This document shows, piece after piece, positions 55,665 through 64,000 of a stretch of DNA of 64,000 bases. Origin of the DNA: Macrostomum lignano. Taxonomy: Eukaryota. The position numbers and the translations under genes are program-made. Location of the stretch: NCBI GenBank assembly GCA_002269645.1, contig NIVC01003033.1, positions 1-64,000 on the forward strand, given 5' to 3'. The notes beneath the pieces are model-generated. The model had not been told where the DNA came from. It made no database searches and saw only the letters and a program-made list of their open reading frames with translations. The stretch's first letter is position 1, and every line of letters begins with the position of its first letter.

Positions 55665-56560
55665 ATTGATAGAAAGACAGCTTGGAGATTGATGGATAGA
55701 CAGCTTGGAGATTGATGGATAGACAGCTTGGAGATTGATGGATAGACAGCTTGGAGATTGATGGATAGACAGCTTGGAGATTGATGGATAGACAGCTTGG
55801 AGATTGATGGATAGACAGCTTGGAGATTGATGGATAGACAGCTTGGAGATTGATGGATAGACAGCTTGGAGATTTATAGATAGACGGGAGATTGATAGAT
55901 AGACAGCTTAGAGATTGATGGATAGGCAGGAGATTGATAGATAGACAGCTTGAAGATTTATGGATAAACAGCTTGAAGATTGATGGATAGACAGCTTGGA
56001 GATTGATGGATAGACAGCTTGAAGATTGATAGATAGACAGCTTGGAGATTGATGGATAGACAGCTTGAAGATTGATAGATAGACAGCTTGAAGATTGATA
56101 GATAGACAGCTTGAAGATTGATGGATAGACAGTTTGGAGATTGATGGATAGACAGGAGATTGATAGATAGACAGGAGATTGATAGATAGACAGCTTGAAG
56201 ATTTATGGATAGACAACTTGGAGATTGATGGATAGACAGCTTGAAGATTTATGGATAGACAACTTGGAGATTGATGGATAGACAGCTTGAAGATTGATGG
56301 ATAGACAGTTTGGAGATTGATGGATAGACAGGAGATTGATAGATAGACAGGAGATTGATAGATAGACAGCTTGGAGATTGATGGATAGACAGGAGATTGA
56401 TAGATAGACAGCTTGGAGATTGATGGACAGACAGGAGATTGATAGATAGACAGCTTGAAGATTGGTAGATAGACAGGAGATTGATAGATAGACAGCTTGG
56501 AGATTGGTAGATAGACAGGAGATTGATAGATAGACAGCTTGTAGATTAATGGATAGACAA
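55665..56560 (+). repeat. 23-bp minisatellite
   Basis: GACAGCTTGGAGATTGATGGATA units. Confidence 0.95.
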
Positions 56561-57039
56561 CAGAAAATAAATAAATACAAGCAACAATAACCATTACGAA
56601 TGTGATTAGTGCTAGTAATATTGAAGTATTCTCAGGTACCGTCTATCGTATAAGTTTCAAGTGGGGGGATATAATAGCTATGGTATTGTATTATTAAGTT
56701 CGTTTTGTACTTTGACTGGCCCTGTGGGGGAGTTGTAAAGAACCGAGGGAGAATGGACCCGTTGCAGACAAAGCAGCCACACGCCAGGCACTCTCCAGTT
56801 CCGAGAACAGGGCTTCCTGTGGCGCCTCCTTCGCTTTCTTTTAATTCGCTTTGACAAAGAAGTGAAGATCAAAAGTATTTAAGAGGCCTGTTGAAGACCG
56901 AGTACGTGGCCTCCTAATTTTTAATTCTCTTTGTTCCTGAACGTTCTCGAAAAAAGTGTCTGAGAGAGAATTTAGCTGACAAATTCTGACCCTCGAATTG
57001 GAAGTGTAGGAAGCTTAAGGGTTTGCACTTGATGAACTT

Positions 57040-58186
57040 CATGGTTATGACCAAATCACTCCGGACTATGATGACAGTGATGACCAAGTCACTCCGGACT
57101 ACTATGATGACAGTAATGACCAAATCACTCTCGACTATGATGAAAGTGATGACCAAATCACTATGGACTATGATGACAGTGATGACCAAGTCACTCTGGA
57201 CTACTATGATGACAGTGATGACCAAGTCACTCTGGACTATGATGACAGTGATGACCAAGTCACTCTGGACTATGATGACAGTGATGACCAAGTCACTCCG
57301 GACTATGATGACAGTGATGACCAAGTCACTCTGGACTATGATGACAGTGATGACCAAGTCACTCTGGACTATGATGACAGTGATGACCAAGTCACTCTGG
57401 ACTACTATGATGACAGTGATGACCAAGTCACTCTGGACTACTATGATGACAGTGATGACCAAGTCACTCCGGACTATGATGACAGTGATGACCAAGTCAC
57501 TCCGGACTATGATGACAGTGATGACCAAGTCACTCCGGACTATGATGGCAGTGATAACCAAATCACTCCGGACTATGATGACAGTGATGACCAAGTCACT
57601 CCGGACTATGATGACAGTGATGACCAAGTCACTCCGGACTATGATGACAGTGATGACCAAGTCACTCCGGACTATGATGACAGTGATGACCAAGTCACTC
57701 CGGACTATGATGACAGTGATGACCAAGTCACTCCGGACTATGATGACAGTGATGACCAAGTCACTCTGGACTACTATGATGACAGTGATGACCAAGTCAC
57801 TCCGGACTATGATGACAGTGATGACCAAGTCACTCCGGACTATGATGACAGTGATGACCAAGTCACTCCGGACTATGATGACAGTGATGACCAAGTCACT
57901 CCGGACTATGATGACAGTGATGACCAAGTCACTCCGGACTATGATGACAGTGATGACCAAGTCACTCTGGACTACTATGATGACAGTGATGACCAAGTCA
58001 CTCCGGACTATGATGACAGTGATGACCAAGTCACTTCGGACTATGATGACAGTGATGACCAAGTCACTCCGGACTATGATGACAGTGATGACCAAGTCAC
58101 TCCGGACTATGATGACAGTGATGACCAAGTCACTCCGGACTATGATGACAGTGATGACCAAGTCACTCCGGACTATGATGACAGTT
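57040..58186 (+). repeat. 33-bp (variant 36-bp) minisatellite, ~34 copies
   Basis: GACTATGATGACAGTGATGACCAAGTCACTCCG units. Confidence 0.96.
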
Positions 58187-58854
58187 AATGGCTAAGAGCC
58201 ATAACGGACCCCCAACCCGCCTCGCACATTAATGGACATTATTTTCAATTTTTAGATGAAAGCAAAATTTCAGTATCCTAGAATTTTTCCATCAGCCTTG
58301 AAATCAGCAGTGTTTACACTCTGCTAATCCCCACAGGACATAACCGCAATTTACCTGCGTGTGTACACGACTTTTAGCGTTCGAGATTACGCCGACAAAA
58401 ATCCCACAAGTTAAAATTGCACATATAAACACATTGGAGTTATAGATGGAAGCTTGAAATGGGGGAGGAACCTGATGAAGGAGACTTAATGCCGACTTAA
58501 GAGAGCTCCATCTGCCCAACTGGGCCAAGCTGGACGCAAAAAACCTGGGTCGCCGGTCTAAAAGCCACTGGGTTCCCAGGAAGTCGACCGCGCCAGGCGA
58601 ATGGCCCACGGATTGACCGGAGCGGGGGGGGCACGGACGGCACTTGACTCCATCTGATGCCCTCCCCTTTAATTCTCGTGCGTCTGTCTGCAGCTGGCGC
58701 ACAGGTATGTATGGGATGAAGGAAGCTGGCCGACATTGTGGGTGGTGGCGTCTGCGGCCCCCCTCTTGATGCTGCGCCCGCTGGGTGGCGGCCGAATACA
58801 GATTGACGGACAGGGACTGACAGACAGGGATTGACAGACAGGGATTGACAGACA

Positions 58855-59468
<614 letters not shown>

Positions 59469-59877
59469 GCCAAGAGCTGTCAACTGCCAGTTAAAATTTT
59501 ATTATTTTATCTGCCCGCATTCGCAGCAATGCTACTGTTGCTGTCTCGCAGTGAACCAGATTAATCACTTATGCAATGCAGAGGTAAGTAAAACAATGTC
59601 AATATACGCTTGTATCCACGATTAGCCAATAGGCTTTTCATTAAGTTCACTGCTAGTCGATTTTAGTTGTTTGTTACTATGGGCCAAGCATGATAAGATT
59701 TCGCTGGTTGTGTTGGTTGTGTCACTCAATTCAACTGTCTGAGCCATCTGAGTTGACTTCGCTAAGTTTCAGGAATCTAAATTGGAATTCAAATAAACTT
59801 GATAATTATTGGATGATAAGGAGGTCGCGAGTAGAAAGTTGATATGGCCCAACCGGCAGAATACTAAAGAACCTGAA

Positions 59878-60425
59878 GACCAACTGATACCAACTGAAGG
59901 ATCTGAATGGTCATTGAAGACCAACTGAAGGATCTGAATGGTCATTGAAGACCAACTGAAGGATCTGAAGGGTCATTGGAGACCAACTGAAAGATTTGAA
60001 GGGTTATAAGCGATCAACTGAAGGATCTGAAGGGTCATTGGAAACCAACTGAAGGATCTGAAGGGTCATTGGAGACCAACTGAAGGATCTGAAGGGTCAT
60101 TGGAGACCAACTGAAGGATCTAAAGGGTCATTGGAGACCAACTGAAGGATCTGAAGGGTTATTAGCGATCAACTGAAGGATCTGAAGGGTCATTGGAGAG
60201 CAACTGAAGGATCTGAAGGGGTCATTGGAGACCAACTGAAAGACCTGAAAGGTCATTGGAGACCAACTGAAGGATCTGAAGGGTCATTGGAGACCAACTG
60301 AAGGATCTGAAGGGTCATTGGAGACCAACTGAAGGATCTGAAGGATCATTGGAGACCAACTGAAGGATCTGAAGGATCATTGGAGACCAACTGAAGGATC
60401 TGAAGGATCATTGGAGACCAACTGA
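59878..60425 (+). repeat. 31-bp minisatellite, ~17 copies
   Basis: GACCAACTGAAGGATCTGAAGGGTCATTGGA units. Confidence 0.95.
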
Positions 60426-61024
60426 ATCAAGCCATCTTACATTGAGCTGAAGTCAGCCTTAGGCTGAAAGTCTGAAGAGCCATACTTGTCCCAGTTAGAA
60501 AGGCCCAACATTGTGCCAAATCCATCACTGCGGCAATCAATAGCTGTCAATCCCGGCTGTCAATAACTGCCGCGGGGGAAGCAGGTGCCACCAAAGGGAG
60601 CTGCTAAATATGTCATTGTTCGATTTTGGCGTGAGACGGAAATTCCTCAATGCAAAGCTCTAGAGATGGATGTATAAATCTATATACCGGATATTTATGC
60701 TCAATCTGCGCCGATGGAAGCACCTCAAAATTGCGCTTTTGGTGACCTCTGTCTCCCTCTCCCTCTCCTCTCTCTCTCTCCTGAACTCAGAGTGCAGCGC
60801 AGCCGCTTCAAGGGGAAGCTGAATATGGAATGATGATGATGATGATGATGATTCTAGTGACGGCTGGGCGCACCGCGTGTAGGACAAAAATCTGAGAATT
60901 AAGGGACTGGGGACACATCTCAGCCATTGTCACTGCCCGCCTCTTGCGTGCCGCCTCACTGCGACTGAATGATTAATGACTCTGCTTCATGCCTGCTCTC
61001 GTGCAGTTACGGGAGAAGCACTGA

Positions 61025-61305
61025 CAGTCAGTCAGTCAGTCAGTCAGTCAGTCAGTCAGTCAGTCAGTCAGTCAGTCAGTCAGTCAGTCAGTCAGTCAGT
61101 CAGTCAGTCAGTCAGTCAGTCAGTCAGTCAGTCAGTCAGTCAGTCAGTCAGTCAGTCAGTCAGTCAGTCAGTCAGTCAGTCAGTCAGTCAGTCAGTCAGT
61201 CAGTCAGTCAGTCAGTCAGTCAGTCAGTCAGTCAGTCAGTCAGTCAGTCAGTCAGTCAGTCAGTCAGTCAGTCAGTCAGTCATTCAGTCAGTCAGTCAGT
61301 CAGTC
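61025..61305 (+). repeat. (CAGT)n microsatellite
   Basis: Directly visible. Confidence 0.97.
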
Positions 61306-61594
61306 GCACGCAGACGCATCAATCCATTGGTGAAATTAGCGAGGGTGTTTCGCTTCTACTCCGGAAGCAGACAAATATGCACTCAGCTCATTCAGCTGTT
61401 CGTCCGGTTATCCAGTTGAAGGGGGGGCGGTGAGTTTTTGGGCAGTTAGGAAGAATTTGAGAGCTTTTATGCTAGACAGAGGCGCACTAATTGCATATTA
61501 TTGAAGAGAGCAGCGAACAGGGAGAACAGTGAGAGAGGAGAAGAGCCAGAGAGAGGGAGAAAGGAGGGAAAGCAGAAGAGAAAGGAGAGAAAAG

Positions 61595-62155
61595 AGGAAA
61601 CAGGAGAGGAGAGGATAGGAGAGGAGAGAGAGAGAGTAGGAGAGGAGAGGAGAGGAGAGGAGAGGAGAGGAGAGTAGGAGAGGAGAGGAGAGAGAGGAGA
61701 GGAGAGGAGAGGAGAGGAGAGGAGACGAGAGGAGAGGAGAGGAGAGGAGAGGAGACGAGAGGAGAGGAGAGGAGAGGAGAGGAGAGGAGAGGAGAGGAGA
61801 GGAGAGGAGAGGAGAGAGAGGAGAGGAGAGGAGAGGAGAGGAGAGGAGAGGAGAGGAGAGGAGAGGAGAGGAGAGGAGAGGAGAGGAGAGGAGAGAGAGG
61901 AGAGGAGAGGAGAGGAGAGGAGAGGAGAGGAGAGGAGAGGAGAGGAGAGGAGAGGAGAGGAGAGGAGAGGAGAGGAGAGGAGAGGAGAGGAGAGGAGAGG
62001 AGAGGAGAGGAGAGGAGAGGAGAGGAGAGGAGAGGAGAGGAGAGGAGAGGAGAGGAGAGGAGAGGAGAGGAGAGGAGAGGAGAGGAGAGGAGAGGAGAGG
62101 AGAGGAGAGGAGAGGAGAGAGAGGAGAGGAGAGGAGAGGAGAGGAGAGGAGAGGA
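61595..62155 (+). repeat. (GGAGA)n array, opposite orientation to 48620-51600
   Basis: Directly visible. Confidence 0.96.
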
Positions 62156-62957
62156 TGCAGAAAACGGTAGAGAAATGCGGACAGAAGGCACAGGAGGATA
62201 TCATTAAAAATTACATTTGTAAAGAGTAAATCGGCAAGCGATCCTCAAATAGTGCAGCGGGAAATGGATTTAAAAAAGGAAAGCCACCATACATTGAGAG
62301 TGCTTCCGACAGATTGAGAAACTCGAGAAATATGCTATTATTTACGAGTAGCATGAGTTTCCACCCCTGAGACGTAGGGTTGGGACTAGCTAAGCATAAA
62401 TTTCAGCAAGCAGATGCTGTCACAGCAACTGCCGCCAATCTGCCAGTTGAGGGATTTATTGGCATAGTGACAGGCAAAGCGCCGTAATTCTGCCGAACAT
62501 TACGAGGCTAAATATCAAGAGAGCCACACTGACAGCCGGAAGTGTTTTTCGCTTCATTCAATTCTTATCTGAAAGCCCAGTCAATCCATCTATCCATCCA
62601 GTCAGTTAGCATTTGACAAGCCATTTCACGCGGGAGGGAGCTCTCCCATTGGCTGAGGGGCCGCCTTCCTAGACCGGCCACGATTCGTCCTTGCTGGGCC
62701 ACACAGACTTCCACAGCCATAGGAAAGTTGAATAGGGCAAACAACACTCTGACACCCCGCCCCGCATAAAACTGACGGCCCTACCTCATGCTGTCCACGC
62801 CAGCTCGTCACGCCAGCTTCTCTGTCAGCCCCGATTCGTCACCAGCTAAAAAGGCCTGGCGAATAAAGGCAACAACAGGACCAGCTTGTTCGGGTGTCCG
62901 GCACTCCCTCATTCATAGCTTTTCACTTCTAGGTCTTCCAAGAGACCCGACAGCATC

Positions 62958-64000
62958 ATGGCGCACCTGCCGCTGCTTCTGCTCATCCTGCCGGCTCTGC
63001 TGCCGTCCCCAACCGCTTCTGTTGGCATCGACTTTGCGCTGCACCGCTGCGAGCCCATCGCCGTGGAGGCCTGCCAGGGCATCGGCTACAACGCCACCAC
63101 AAAGATGCACAATCTGGCTGGCCACGCCGAGCAGAGAGACGCCGAGGTGCTGGTGAGATCCTTCATGCCGCTCATCCACTACAAGTGCTCAGCGAACCTG
63201 CGCTTCCTCCTGTGCTCGGTGCTGACCCCGATGTGCGATCCGAAATGGCCGAAGCCCATCGGGCCCTGCCGGCCGCTCTGCCAGCACGTGCGCAGCCGCT
63301 GCTCCCCGGTGCTGGCCGACTTCGGCTTCGAGTGGCCCGCCTTCCTCAACTGCAGCCGATTCCCGCTGAGCAACGCCCGTGGCGACGACATGTGCATGGC
63401 CGGCAGCCCGGAGGTCGACCCCGAAGAGGACGGACCTGCCGGAGAGCCGGTCGGACGGCCCGGTAGAGGCGGCGGCAGCAGGGGCGGCAGCGGCGGCGCC
63501 GAGCCTGCCGAAGACTGGCGGCTGAACCTGGAGAAGTGGCTGCACGCGGTGCGCACTCAATCGTTCGGGCCGGACTGCGGCCACATGCGCAACCGGGAGC
63601 AGTACGTGTACATCAACCAGACCGCCGACTGCCTGCTCCGCTGCGGTGCGCACGACCTGTTCAGCCAGGACGACAAGCGACTGGCCGACGCGTGGGTGGC
63701 GGTCCTGGCCACGCTGTGCGCCCTGAGCTCCCTGCTCACCATCGCCACGTTTCTAATGGACCGGTCGCGTTTCAAATACCCGGTCAGGCCGGTGCTGTTC
63801 ATGGCGCTCTGCTACCTGTGCTACTCGCTGTCCTACTTTGTCCGGCTGGCGGCCGGGCGCGAGGCCGCCTCCTGCGACCGGGACCAGCTCAGCGGCAGCT
63901 CAGTGCTGATCCGGCACGGTCTGGACAACACCAACTGCGCCGTGGTCTTCCTGCTGCAGTACTTCTTCAGCATGGCCGCGTCTACCTGGTACGTGATGCT
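62958..64000 (+). CDS. fzd4: Frizzled-4-like Wnt receptor, 5' part (open to the window edge, no intron seen)
   Basis: Signal peptide MAHLPLLLLILPALL; 10-Cys CRD (CEPIAVEAC..GYN..PLIHYKCSANLRFLLCSV..IGPCRPLC..FGFEWP..NCSRFP..MCM); QYVYI..CLLRC, RFKYPVRPVLFMALCY, GLDNTNCAVVFLLQYFF; closest recalled pattern is FZD4. Confidence 0.92.
   Translation, partial: MAHLPLLLLILPALLPSPTASVGIDFALHRCEPIAVEACQGIGYNATTKMHNLAGHAEQRDAEVLVRSFMPLIHYKCSANLRFLLCSVLTPMCDPKWPKPIGPCRPLCQHVRSRCSPVLADFGFEWPAFLNCSRFPLSNARGDDMCMAGSPEVDPEEDGPAGEPVGRPGRGGGSRGGSGGAEPAEDWRLNLEKWLHAVRTQSFGPDCGHMRNREQYVYINQTADCLLRCGAHDLFSQDDKRLADAWVAVLATLCALSSLLTIATFLMDRSRFKYPVRPVLFMALCYLCYSLSYFVRLAAGREAASCDRDQLSGSSVLIRHGLDNTNCAVVFLLQYFFSMAASTWYVM

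Noticed and set aside
62913-63802. Minus-strand ORFs over the last kilobase
   Set aside because: GC-rich antisense shadows of frizzled, which is missing from the track only because it has no stop inside the window.

Overview
Eukaryotic (invertebrate animal, flatworm-like; host identity is inference) window with no prokaryotic features. About 1-46 kb is a nest of mobile elements. (i) A Ty3/Gypsy LTR family on the minus strand, present as copies A, C1, C2 and D, with an unusual layout: a herpesvirus-gB-like envelope gene lies between gag and protease/RT in what appears to be one polyprotein, and the space between pol and the 3' LTR holds accessory genes (a pair of tandem-RING ORFs in C1/C2; a deoxynucleoside-kinase cluster next to LTR D). 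(ii) A Mag-like Gypsy element B, interrupted by A. (iii) A Polinton/Maverick with both ends intact (16910-30651, 135-bp TIRs, AGCGCT TSD) that encodes a TBP-like and a PC4-like protein but no recognisable capsid genes. It is inserted inside a second, capsid-encoding Polinton. (iv) Small relics: integrase, retropepsin and LINE fragments, and a MITE. 47-62 kb is a series of mini/microsatellite arrays. A host Frizzled-4-like gene starts at 62958 and runs off the right edge. All family assignments come from motifs recognised by eye; no database search was run. Some frameshifts may be long-read assembly errors.
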